64,000 nucleotides of DNA from Candidatus Aldehydirespirator sp. (GCA_965248735.1 OZ252146.1:4050925-4114924), one strand, 5' to 3'; shown: positions 18,337-27,145, counted from the stretch's first letter. The notes: a model not told the origin generated them from the letters alone. A program made the numbers and translations.

Positions 18337-20606
18337 CCGGCGACTCCAGCCTGAGCACCCACGCTCTGCTCCGATCCCGCAGAGTCGGATCGGGACGGGT
18401 CGCTGGAGGACTCGTCATCGGCCGCGTAGGACAGCGTCAGCGGCTCGTCGTCGCTGCGGCGGCTGCGCACGGCCAGCTCTTGAAGCGAGGGGAACCCTCG
18501 TTCGAAATCGAACAGCACCTTCGCGTACACGCGGCCGCGATCGGTGCTCCCGGCCGGCAGCTCGAGCACGGCCCTCGTGTTCTGCTCCAGATCGACCTGG
18601 CGCCACTGGGTCCCGGTCCAGAGCTCGAGTCGGTCCTGGCTCCGAGGAACGGCGAGCACAAGATCGTCCGTGCTTGCACCCTCCGGCAGCACGAAGCGGA
18701 ACATGGCACCGCCTCCCCAGCCGTCGATCCGGAAATCCGAACCGAGGTCTTGGAGGCCGCGCACGCTCTCTCGCGTCACGGCCGCCCCGGCGAGAGAGTC
18801 GCCGCGGGACTCGATCGCTCCCCGGGCCACGAACAGCGTCCGACCGGCCACGACCTCGGCATCGAGCGGGGACGCGAGCTCATCGGACCATGCCGCCACC
18901 ACGACCTGGCCCGGCTTGCGTGCATTCAGCGACCAGCGCGCGCTCAGCTCGTTCCACAGTCCCAGATTCACCGGCCCAGGGTCGTGGTCCCGGCCGGAGT
19001 CGCCGAAGAACTCCGGTCCCAGTGCGTCGCGCCAGACCCGGAACTCCGCCGGCTCTTCGTCGAATGGGTTGATCGCCTCACCGACGTCATCGAACTCGAC
19101 GGTCGCGCCGGCGGGCACGGTCCCGATGTTCACGCCGGCCTGATCGGCAAAAACGACAACCTCGTGCAGATCCACACCCAGGTTGTTCACCACCGCGCCC
19201 TCGACCCGGCCGTCACCCGCCGACCAAGCCGTCACTTCCAACGCGTCGTCGAAAGCCGCGTGGGCGCCGCTGCCGCCGAGCACGGTGAACGCACCGGCGT
19301 CAAGCTTGATCGAGGCGGTGGACCCTGCGGCGTGGTCGACGATGTCGACCACGCTGGGCCGACCCTCGGTCACCACGGGGATGGTCGACCACCCCGGCAA
19401 CAGCGAGACCGAGTCGCGGCCGCCGCCCCCCGAGTGCAGCAAGGAGTACGTGGTGGCCACCGTCCCGCGCGGCGCCACCTCGACGATGGTGCCGTGGGCC
19501 GTCTTGGCGCTGTTCCGCAGGCTCGACGCGAGCACCCAGATGCCGACCGCGAACGCCACAGCAGTAGCAGGCACCAGGATCCAGGTGAGCCCGGGACGGC
19601 GCAGCGTCTTCGACGCCAGCCACACGCCTATGCCGGCGACCGCGACGTAGGCGCCGATGATGGCGGCCAGCCAGCGGGCACCGGGGAGGCTGAGGCCGGC
19701 GTCGCGCCCGAGCGACCAGCTCACGGGCTCGCCGCCCCAGAACGGATGAAGCTCGGCCAAGGCCTCGTCCTCTTGGCGTGATCTGGTGGGCGCCGGTTCG
19801 AACACCGCATCCCAGTGACCGGATGCCGCCGCGCCGTCCGTCACCATGATCTCGCCCTGGCCGGCCAGGCGGGGCTGGGCGCCGTCCGGCTGCCATGCCG
19901 CCGGAACGCCCGGCATCTCCGCACCGACGGGCTCATCGACAAGCAGGCGGCCGCCCCGGTTCACCCAGCCCAGGAGGGCATCCAAGCCCGCAGTGTCGAG
20001 ACCGCGAAGGTCGGCCGCCGTCACTACGACCATGTCGAGGGGCTCCAATGCGGCCCAACCCGCGGCCAGGATCGCGGGATCGACCGGGAAGAGCCTCGCT
20101 TCACCGGCATCGAACAGCAGCGGCGCCCTCTCGGGGATGCCACGATCGGCGAGGGCCGGAAAGACGCCTACGAGGTCGGCGTTGCGCTGCACGACCGGTT
20201 GCACCGTCGCCGAGGCGACGATCTCGCCGTCGGCCACCAACTGGACAGTGGTGGTCCCGACACGCCATGGGTTCCACGCCCAGACAACCGTGAACTCGCG
20301 GGTGGTGCCGCCTGGAATCTCGACCTGTCTGGCGATCGCGAGACCCGAGCCTCGGCTGCTGATACGCAACTCGCCGACGAACAAGACGTCGGTGGTGACC
20401 TCGATGTGCAGCGGGAAGGGCCTGCCGACATGGCCGAGTCCGCCGTAGCCGGCGTCCACCGCCACCTCGGTCTCGGCTGCTGCGATGCCGGGCAACCCCC
20501 CGACTGCGGCCACCACCAGCGAACAGAACACCGCGAGCCGGAGGCTCAACCGCCGAAATGGCACCACCGTCACGCTAGCTCTGGATTCGTCCCCCAATTG
20601 ACGCAA
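18333..20606 (-). CDS. Large exported/membrane-anchored protein of unknown function (first gene of the ABC-2 operon)
   Basis: Signal-like RLSLRLAVFCSLVVAAVGGLPGIAAAE and central TM pair (WLAAIIGAYVAVAGIGVWL, ILVPATAVAFAVGIWVLA). 4-nt overlap with the ATPase gene. The true start is probably one of the GTGs near 20570 rather than the TTG at 20606. Confidence 0.55.
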   Translation of the reverse strand: MRQLGDESRASVTVVPFRRLSLRLAVFCSLVVAAVGGLPGIAAAETEVAVDAGYGGLGHVGRPFPLHIEVTTDVLFVGELRISSRGSGLAIARQVEIPGGTTREFTVVWAWNPWRVGTTTVQLVADGEIVASATVQPVVQRNADLVGVFPALADRGIPERAPLLFDAGEARLFPVDPAILAAGWAALEPLDMVVVTAADLRGLDTAGLDALLGWVNRGGRLLVDEPVGAEMPGVPAAWQPDGAQPRLAGQGEIMVTDGAAASGHWDAVFEPAPTRSRQEDEALAELHPFWGGEPVSWSLGRDAGLSLPGARWLAAIIGAYVAVAGIGVWLASKTLRRPGLTWILVPATAVAFAVGIWVLASSLRNSAKTAHGTIVEVAPRGTVATTYSLLHSGGGGRDSVSLLPGWSTIPVVTEGRPSVVDIVDHAAGSTASIKLDAGAFTVLGGSGAHAAFDDALEVTAWSAGDGRVEGAVVNNLGVDLHEVVVFADQAGVNIGTVPAGATVEFDDVGEAINPFDEEPAEFRVWRDALGPEFFGDSGRDHDPGPVNLGLWNELSARWSLNARKPGQVVVAAWSDELASPLDAEVVAGRTLFVARGAIESRGDSLAGAAVTRESVRGLQDLGSDFRIDGWGGGAMFRFVLPEGASTDDLVLAVPRSQDRLELWTGTQWRQVDLEQNTRAVLELPAGSTDRGRVYAKVLFDFERGFPSLQELAVRSRRSDDEPLTLSYAADDESSSDPSRSDSAGSEQSVGAQAGVAG

Positions 20607-20750
20607 TTAGCAATGAATGTGATTGTGTCAGAGCGCGAGACCGTGCTACAGTCCGTTCCGTATCGTGGGACTGGTCCACAGTGCGGAACCGGCGTGTGGC
20701 TGACTTCCGTGGCACGGACCCCCGACCGCACAGAGGGAGGGCTGCGCCGG

Positions 20751-21503
20751 ATGACTGACATCCCTGCTGCCGGACCGGACACCGCCGACGACGACATTGG
20801 CCTGTCAGACCAAGCGGCCGATGACGACATCGACCTGTCGAGTTTGGACGATGACGAACTCACCGCGCAGATGCACGACGACCTCTACGACGGGCTGGCC
20901 GACGAGATCCACGAGGGCACCAACATCCTCCTGGCGCGGGGCTGGTCGCCCGACAAGGTGCTCAACGGCGCCCTCGTGGAAGGGATGCGCATCGTGGGCA
21001 TCGACTTCCGCGACGGCATCCTCTTCGTGCCCGAGGTCCTGCTGGCTGCCAACGCCATGAAGGCGGGCATGGCCATACTGCGGCCCCTGCTAGCCGAGAC
21101 GGGCGTCGAGCCCATCGGCAGCGTGGTGATCGGAACGGTCAAGGGCGACATCCACGACATCGGCAAGAACCTGGTGGCCATGATGCTCGAAGGAGCCGGC
21201 TTCGAGGTGTTCGACCTCGGCATCAACACCAACGCCGAGGAGTTCCTGGCCGCCCTCGACGAGCACAAGCCGGACATCCTGGGCATGTCGGCCCTGCTCA
21301 CCACCACAATGCCCTACATGAAGGTGGTGATCGACACCCTGATCGAGAAGGGCATACGGGACAACTTCATCATCCTTGTCGGCGGTGCGCCCCTCAACGA
21401 GGAATTCGGCGCGGCCGTCGGCGCCGACGCCTACTGCCGCGATGCCGCCATCGCCTCCGAGACGGCCAAGACCCTCGTCACGGCCCGTCGCGCCGCTAGG
21501 TGA
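20751..21503 (+). CDS. Methyltransferase cognate corrinoid (B12-binding) protein
   Basis: B12-binding DxHxxG motif GDIHDIGKN, then ILGMSALLTTT and ILVGGAP. N-terminal helical cap domain. GAGGGAGG Shine-Dalgarno 11 nt upstream of the ATG. Confidence 0.9.
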   Translation: MTDIPAAGPDTADDDIGLSDQAADDDIDLSSLDDDELTAQMHDDLYDGLADEIHEGTNILLARGWSPDKVLNGALVEGMRIVGIDFRDGILFVPEVLLAANAMKAGMAILRPLLAETGVEPIGSVVIGTVKGDIHDIGKNLVAMMLEGAGFEVFDLGINTNAEEFLAALDEHKPDILGMSALLTTTMPYMKVVIDTLIEKGIRDNFIILVGGAPLNEEFGAAVGADAYCRDAAIASETAKTLVTARRAAR

Positions 21504-21640
21504 GGACCCGACGCAGCCTCCACCGACGCTAATCGGATGAACCCGACGCCACCGCCCCCACCGACGCTAATCGGATGAACCCGACGCCACCGCCCCCACC
21601 GACGCTAATCGGATGAACCCGACGCCACCGCCTCCACGGG
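21503..21640 (+). repeat. 38-nt tandem repeat (about 3.5 copies) spanning the start of the DUF1638 gene
   Basis: GGATGA recurs at 21535, 21573 and 21611 (period 38). The unit is CCGACGCTAATCGGATGAACCCGACGCCACCGCCCCCA. Each unit carries an ATG. Confidence 0.9.
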
Positions 21641-22245
21641 TGCTGATAGTCGGCTGCGGCGCGCTGGTACGCGAGCTGCAAGAGGTGGCGGCCCGCAACG
21701 GCAGCGGGCTTCTTGAGGTGGAGTGCCTGCCCGCCATCATGCACAACCGACCCGAGAAGATCCCCGACGCGGTACGCCGGAGGGTGCAGACGGCCAAGGC
21801 CAGCGGCGCCTTCCGCACGATCCTCGTGGGCTACATGGACTGCGGCACCGGCGGCCTCCTCGACCGGGTGTGCTCCGAAGAAGGCGTCGCGCGGCTTCCC
21901 GGCGCCCACTGCTACGAGCTCTACGCCGGCGCGGACGCCTTCGCGGGACTGCAGGAGGCCGAACCGGGCACCTTCTACCTCACCGACTATCTGGTGCGGC
22001 ACTTTGACCGCCTAATCATGAAGGGCCTGGGCATCTCAGAGCACCCGGAGCTGCTCGAGGTCTACTTCGGCAACTACACCCGGGTTGTCCACCTGGCCCA
22101 GACCGACGACGATCGTCTGGCCCGCTCCGCCGAGCAGGCCGCCGCCCGCCTGGGCCTCCGATGCGAGCGGATTCTCGTCGGCATCACCGGACTCGAGCGC
22201 CGGATCGTGGAGTTGGCCGGCGCCGCCGGTGCTGAACCGGCATGA
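21613..22245 (+). CDS. DUF1638 domain protein
   Basis: RVLIVGCGALVRELQEV, YMDCGTGGLLDRVC, PGAHCYELYAG and FYLTDYLVRHFDRL are typical of DUF1638, a family that accompanies corrinoid methyltransferase genes. An alternative GTG start lies at 21640. Confidence 0.75.
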   Translation: MNPTPPPPRVLIVGCGALVRELQEVAARNGSGLLEVECLPAIMHNRPEKIPDAVRRRVQTAKASGAFRTILVGYMDCGTGGLLDRVCSEEGVARLPGAHCYELYAGADAFAGLQEAEPGTFYLTDYLVRHFDRLIMKGLGISEHPELLEVYFGNYTRVVHLAQTDDDRLARSAEQAAARLGLRCERILVGITGLERRIVELAGAAGAEPA

Positions 22246-22649
22246 GCGCCTCAACAGGGCGCAGCGGGCCTAGGCGCCGCCGCGACGACGGGAGCCTCGT
22301 GCTGATCAGCTGGCGCGACATCCCCGCCCAGGTCAACGGCGGTTCACGCACCGAGCGGGTGCAGCGCATCCTCCCCCGCCGCTTCCAGAGGGCCATCGAC
22401 CGGGCCGCCATGGTGGCCGGCAAAACCCAGGCCTCGCAGTACGTGGGCGAGTGGCGCCGGACCTTGATCCCCGGAGACGCCGACGATCCCGAGAGCGCGG
22501 CCATCGCGGCCGCGGCCGAGCTGGAGGAGGCCTTCCCCCGGGAGCGCCTCGACGAGTTCGTCAAGACGGGCGGGTGGGATCCCGAGCGCAACAGCCAGGG
22601 CCAGCCGGCGCCCGAGAATCGCAGCCAGTTCGGAGGAGACCCCCAGTGA
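22242..22649 (+). CDS. Small basic protein (family often annotated 'virulence factor' in corrinoid methyltransferase clusters), tentative
   Basis: ATGA overlap with the DUF1638 stop and GTGA overlap with the next gene. LISWRDIPAQVNG..RFQRAIDRAAM. The family assignment is from memory only. Confidence 0.5.
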   Translation: MSASTGRSGPRRRRDDGSLVLISWRDIPAQVNGGSRTERVQRILPRRFQRAIDRAAMVAGKTQASQYVGEWRRTLIPGDADDPESAAIAAAAELEEAFPRERLDEFVKTGGWDPERNSQGQPAPENRSQFGGDPQ

Positions 22650-23536
22650 CCGACACAGTCCTCAGCTCGGCCACCAAGGAGGTGGTCATCGGCTTCGGCC
22701 GCCCGTTCGTGATGATCGGCGAGCGCATAAACCCGACGGGCCGGCGGCTGCTGGCCGAGGAGATGCGCAACGGCGACTTCGGCCGGGTCGAGGCCGACGC
22801 TCTCGCCCAGACCGCGGCCGGAGCTCACATGCTCGACGTCAACGCAGGGATCCCCCTCGCCGACGAGCCGGCCCTGCTGGCCCACGCCATCAAGCTGGTG
22901 CAGAGAGTGACCGACGTGCCCCTGTCCATCGACTCCTCCATCGTCGAGGCCATCGAGGCCGGCATCGCGGCGTACGAGGGCAAGCCCCTCATCAACTCCG
23001 TAACCGGGGAGGAGGAGGTGCTCGAGCGGGTGCTGCCCCTGGTGGCCCGGCACGGCGCCGCCGTCGTCGCGATCTCCAACGACGAGACCGGCATTAGCGA
23101 GGACCCCGACGTGCGCTTCGAGGTGGCCCGCAAGATCGTGAACCGGGCCAGCGATTACGGCATCGCCCCGGCCGACGTGGTGGTGGACCCGCTGGTGATG
23201 CCGATCGGGGCCATGGGCACAGCCGGACGCCAGGTGTTCCAGCTGGTGCGGCGCCTGCGCGACGAGTTGGGGGTCAACACCACCTGCGGCGCCAGCAACG
23301 TGAGCTTCGGCCTGCCGGCGCGCCACATGATCACTGGGACCTTCCTGTCGATGGCCATCGGCGCCGGCTTGACGTCGGCGATCATGAATCCCATGCACCC
23401 GGAAGTCAAGAACGCCGTGCTGGCCGCGGATGTGCTGGCCGGGCACGATCGGGACTGTGCCGCATGGATCAAGGAACACCGGGATCCCGACACGGTCGGC
23501 TTGAGACGACGGGGCGGGCGTCGCCGCGGCGTCTGA
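22646..23536 (+). CDS. Methyltetrahydrofolate:corrinoid methyltransferase (pterin-binding domain, MtgA/AcsE/MetH-like)
   Basis: GTG start with GGAGGAG Shine-Dalgarno. IGERINPTGRRLLAEEM, MLDVNAG, LSIDSS, LINSVTGEE and CGASNVSFGLP are hallmark pterin-binding barrel motifs. Confidence 0.85.
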   Translation: MTDTVLSSATKEVVIGFGRPFVMIGERINPTGRRLLAEEMRNGDFGRVEADALAQTAAGAHMLDVNAGIPLADEPALLAHAIKLVQRVTDVPLSIDSSIVEAIEAGIAAYEGKPLINSVTGEEEVLERVLPLVARHGAAVVAISNDETGISEDPDVRFEVARKIVNRASDYGIAPADVVVDPLVMPIGAMGTAGRQVFQLVRRLRDELGVNTTCGASNVSFGLPARHMITGTFLSMAIGAGLTSAIMNPMHPEVKNAVLAADVLAGHDRDCAAWIKEHRDPDTVGLRRRGGRRRGV

Positions 23537-23540
23537 GCGC

Positions 23541-25517
23541 ATGCACGAAATGCACAGCGTGGTGTTCAACCCCTCGGGGATACGCGCCTCGGTGGCTGCC
23601 GGAGCCACCGTGCTGGACGCGGCCCGAGCCGGCGGGGTGGATCTCGACTCGGTTTGCGGCGGCCGCGGCCTGTGCGGGCGCTGCCAGGTGTCCCCCACCG
23701 CGGCCGACGTCCTGTCTGAGCCCGGCCCCACCGAGTTGCGCTACCGGGGCCGGCGCCCCCTGTCCGAGGAATGCCGCCTCGGCTGCCAGGCGGTGGTACT
23801 CGGCAATGCCGTCATCGACGTGCCCGCCGCCAGCCAGGTCCATCGGCCCGTGGTCCGCAAGTCGATCGACCTCGCAGAGGTGGTCATCGACCCGGTGGTC
23901 ACGCTGCACTATGTGGAGGTGCCCAAGATTGTGCTCGGATTCGAGGCAGCCGAGGTGGACCTGGTGGCCGAGGCCCTGTCCAACGATTGGGGCCTGGCCG
24001 ATGTCGACTTCGGTGTGCCGGTGCTGGCTCGCCTGCATTCGGCCATTGCCGCCGGGGAGGGGTCGGTCACGGTGGTTGTTCACGGTGGCCGCACCGTGCT
24101 CGACGTGCGGCCCGGATACTCCGACGGAGCCTGGGGGGTGGCCGTGGATGTGGGCTCCACCACCATCGCCGGCTATCTGCTCGAGCTCTCGTCGGGTGAG
24201 GTTGCCGCGGCCTCCGGTCGCATGAACCCGCAGATCCGCTTCGGCGAGGATCTCATGAGCCGGGTGTCGTATGTGATGATGAATCCCGGCGGCGAGGCGG
24301 AGCTCACCGCGGCTGTGCGCGGCGCTATCGACGAGTTGGTGGGCGAGCTGTGCGAGCACGCCGGAGTGGACCGCGGCCAGGTGCATGACCTGGTCGTGGT
24401 GGGCAATCCGATCATGCACCATCTTGTGCTGGGCTTGGATCCCACCCCGCTGGGGGCGGCGCCGTTCACGCTCGCCACGGCCACCGCGGTGCGGGGCGTC
24501 GCCGCTGAGATCGGGATCGGGCTGCCTTTTGCGGCCTTGTACGTCGGTCCCTGCATCGCCGGGCATGTCGGTGCGGACGCGGCCGCGGCCACTCTGGCCG
24601 AGGGCCCTCACCGGGTTGCCACCCCGATGCTGGTGGTCGACGTAGGCACCAACGCCGAGATCGTGCTGGGCGACGGGCATCGGGTGTTCGCCGCTTCAAG
24701 CCCGACCGGTCCAGCCTTCGAGGGCGCCCAGATCAGCTGCGGCCAGCGGGCGACCGCGGGCGCGGTGGAGCGGGTCCGGATCGACCGGGACACCTGGGAG
24801 CCCCGGTTCAAGGTCATCGGCTGCGACATGTGGTCCGATGAGCCGGGATTCTCCGAGGAGCTGGACCGGGCGGGGCTGGAGGTGTCGGGCCTGTGCGGCT
24901 CGGGCATCATCGACGTGATCGCCGAGATGTTCCTGGCCGGCGTCATGGATCGCCATGGCGTGGTCACGTCAGAGACCAGCCGGTCGCCGCGCATCGTGGC
25001 CGACGAGCGCACGTTCAGCTACGTGATTCAGTGGGAGCCGATCCGGCTGTCGATCACCCAGAACGACGTGCGGGCCGTCCAGCTGGCCAAGGCGGCGCTG
25101 CGGGCCGGAATCGATCTGCTTCGCGAGCATGGCGGTGTCGACGAGGTGCCCGACATCCGTCTGGCTGGAGCGTTCGGGGCCCACATCGACCCGGTGCGGG
25201 CCATGGTGCTCGGCCTGGTCCCCGACACGCCTACCGGCGGAGTGCGGGCCGCCGGGAACGCATCGGGCGTGGGAGCGGTGCGGATGCTGCTGTCGGGCGA
25301 GCAGCGCCTCGAGATCGAATGGCTGGTGCGGTCGGTCGTCAAAATCGAGACGGCCACGGAGCCCCGCTTCCAAGAGCTGTTCGTGGCCGCCATGGCGCTC
25401 CCCCACGACACCGACCCCACCCCGCATCTGGCCTCGATGGTCGACCTGCCCCAGGCTCCCGCGGCGAACCACGACCAAGGCAGGCGCCGGCACCGCCGAC
25501 CCCGTCCCGCCGCGTGA
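23541..25517 (+). CDS. Reductive activase of corrinoid enzymes (2Fe-2S ferredoxin domain + ASKHA ATPase domain, RamA/RACE-like)
   Basis: N-terminal plant-type ferredoxin motif CGGRGLCGRCQV. The large C-terminal region carries VDVGSTTIAGYL and VVDVGTNAEIVLG, which are ASKHA phosphate motifs. Confidence 0.85.
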   Translation: MHEMHSVVFNPSGIRASVAAGATVLDAARAGGVDLDSVCGGRGLCGRCQVSPTAADVLSEPGPTELRYRGRRPLSEECRLGCQAVVLGNAVIDVPAASQVHRPVVRKSIDLAEVVIDPVVTLHYVEVPKIVLGFEAAEVDLVAEALSNDWGLADVDFGVPVLARLHSAIAAGEGSVTVVVHGGRTVLDVRPGYSDGAWGVAVDVGSTTIAGYLLELSSGEVAAASGRMNPQIRFGEDLMSRVSYVMMNPGGEAELTAAVRGAIDELVGELCEHAGVDRGQVHDLVVVGNPIMHHLVLGLDPTPLGAAPFTLATATAVRGVAAEIGIGLPFAALYVGPCIAGHVGADAAAATLAEGPHRVATPMLVVDVGTNAEIVLGDGHRVFAASSPTGPAFEGAQISCGQRATAGAVERVRIDRDTWEPRFKVIGCDMWSDEPGFSEELDRAGLEVSGLCGSGIIDVIAEMFLAGVMDRHGVVTSETSRSPRIVADERTFSYVIQWEPIRLSITQNDVRAVQLAKAALRAGIDLLREHGGVDEVPDIRLAGAFGAHIDPVRAMVLGLVPDTPTGGVRAAGNASGVGAVRMLLSGEQRLEIEWLVRSVVKIETATEPRFQELFVAAMALPHDTDPTPHLASMVDLPQAPAANHDQGRRRHRRPRPAA

Positions 25518-25567
25518 ATGTTAGTAGAAACCTGGGATAATCCTAGAAAAGTGCTATCAAATCCGGA

Positions 25568-25625
25568 ATGATGAACGAGGAAGCATGAACGAGGAACCAT
25601 GAACGAGGAACCATGAGCGAGGCAC
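25568..25625 (+). repeat. 14-nt tandem repeat (CATGAACGAGGAAC, 4 units) running into the MttB-family start codon
   Basis: ATGs at 25571, 25585, 25599 and 25613 (period 14). Each unit contains GAGGAA plus ATG. Confidence 0.9.
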
Positions 25626-27145
25626 GAGGGCGCAGAGGCGGAGGACGAGCGGGTCGGCGGGCCGCGAGGGCCGCATCAGTGGAGACGGCGCCGTACCTGG
25701 TCCGCCGGCAGCCGCCGGTGGACATACTCGACGTCGAGGGCTTGGAGCAGATCGAGCGCAACGCCGAGACAATCCTGTCGGAGGTCGGCATCGCCTTCCA
25801 GGACTTCCCCGAAGCCTTGGAGCTCTGGCGCGCCGCGGGCGCGGACATTGACGGGGAGCTGGTGCGGTTCCCGCCCGGCCTGTGCCGCCAGATCGTGCAG
25901 GACGACGCCCCCGCCGTCTACACCCAGCACGCCCGCAACCCGGCCCGCAGCGTCCAGGTGGGCGGCGACGCCACCGTGTTCGCCCCCAACTACGGCTCGC
26001 CGTTCGTCATGGACCTGGACCGGGGCCGCCGCTACGCCACGCTGGAGGACTTCTGCAACGTGGTGAAGCTCGCCTACGTGCTGCCGCAGCTGCACCACAG
26101 CGGGGGCACGGTGTGCGAGCCGGTGGATGTGCCGGTGAACAAGCGCCACCTCGACATGGTGTACACCCACCTGCGCTACAGCGACAAGCCGTTCATGGGC
26201 TCGGTGACCGCCGCCGAGCGGGCCGCCGACTCCGTCGAGATGGCCCGCATCGGCTTCGGCGGCGACCTGGCCGACCGCACCGTGATGACGTCGCTGATCA
26301 ACGCATCCTCCCCGATGCGCTGGGACGCCACCATGCTGGGCGCAGCCACCACATACGCCCGGGCCAACCAGGCCTGCATCATCAGCCCGTTCATCCTGGC
26401 CGGGGCGATGTCGCCGGTGACGGTGGCCGGACTGGCCGCGCAGGCCCTGGCCGAGGCGCTGTCGGGCATGGCCTACCTGCAGCTGGTCCGCCCCGGGGCC
26501 CCAGTTGTGTTCGGCACGTTCGCCTCGTCGATGTCCATGGCCACCGGGGCACCAACCTTCGGCACGCCCGAAGCCGGCCAGGCCATCTACGTGATGGCGT
26601 CGCTGGCCCGCCGGGTGGGGGTGCCATTCCGATCCGGCGGGCAGTTCACGTCCTCGAAGCTGCCCGACGCGCAGGCTGCCTACGAGTCGGCCCACACCCT
26701 GCTGCCCACCATGCAGGCGGGGGTGAACTTCGTGCTGCACGCCGCGGGCTGGCAGGAGGGCGGCCTGGCCCTGGGCTACGAGAAGCTGATCCTGGACGCC
26801 GACCAACTCGGCGCCATGGAGGTCTGGGCCCGGGGGGTGGACACCAGCGACAACGGCCAGGCCATGGAGGCGTTCCGCACCAACGCCCACGGCGACCATT
26901 TTCTGGGCAACCCCCACACGCTGGCCAATTTCGAGAGCGCCTTCTGGCGGTCAGAAATCTCCGACGCGGCCAGTTACGAGCAGTGGACCGAGGAGGGCTC
27001 GCTGTCGGCGGCCCAGCGGGCCAACGCCCGCTGGAAGCAGTTGTTGGCCGACTACGAGCCGCCCCCCGTCGACGACGCGGTGGATGCCGAGCTGCTCGAC
27101 TACATGGCTCGACGCAAGGCCGAGATGCCCGACGAGATCGGCTGA
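25613..27145 (+). CDS. MttB-superfamily methyltransferase (non-pyrrolysine; quaternary amine/betaine-type substrate likely)
   Basis: 510 aa with no in-frame TAG. The N-terminal region DILDVEGLEQIERNAETILSEVGIAFQDFPEALELWRAAGADI is typical of the trimethylamine methyltransferase family. Clustered with the corrinoid protein, pterin methyltransferase and activase. Confidence 0.9.
   Translation: MSEARGRRGGGRAGRRAARAASVETAPYLVRRQPPVDILDVEGLEQIERNAETILSEVGIAFQDFPEALELWRAAGADIDGELVRFPPGLCRQIVQDDAPAVYTQHARNPARSVQVGGDATVFAPNYGSPFVMDLDRGRRYATLEDFCNVVKLAYVLPQLHHSGGTVCEPVDVPVNKRHLDMVYTHLRYSDKPFMGSVTAAERAADSVEMARIGFGGDLADRTVMTSLINASSPMRWDATMLGAATTYARANQACIISPFILAGAMSPVTVAGLAAQALAEALSGMAYLQLVRPGAPVVFGTFASSMSMATGAPTFGTPEAGQAIYVMASLARRVGVPFRSGGQFTSSKLPDAQAAYESAHTLLPTMQAGVNFVLHAAGWQEGGLALGYEKLILDADQLGAMEVWARGVDTSDNGQAMEAFRTNAHGDHFLGNPHTLANFESAFWRSEISDAASYEQWTEEGSLSAAQRANARWKQLLADYEPPPVDDAVDAELLDYMARRKAEMPDEIG

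Noticed and set aside
20598-20630. Shared motif AATT(A)GCAATGAAT at 20610-20624 and 34497-34510, as a possible common transcription-factor site for one-carbon genes
   Set aside because: There are only two occurrences, in different orientations relative to the neighbouring genes. That is too little to distinguish from chance without genome-wide motif statistics.
20607-20750. Possible cobalamin riboswitch in the 144-nt leader upstream of the corrinoid-protein gene. The region has several short stems and a TTGACG promoter-like box.
   Set aside because: I could not find the B12-box or the conserved GGTG..AA..CC / GCCACTG core in the right order. The resemblance is limited to short GC-rich strings. 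An Infernal scan against the Cobalamin Rfam model would be decisive.
21503-21640. CRISPR array, considered for the 38-nt repeat here and for the repeats at 43785-43895, 62346-62455 and 63830-64000
   Set aside because: The units are directly tandem, or separated by a single spacer only. There are 2-4 copies, no spacer diversity and no cas genes in the window.
25613-27145. Pyrrolysine-encoding (in-frame amber) MttB
   Set aside because: The reading frame is uninterrupted for 510 codons and no pyl genes are nearby. It is a non-Pyl MttB-superfamily member.
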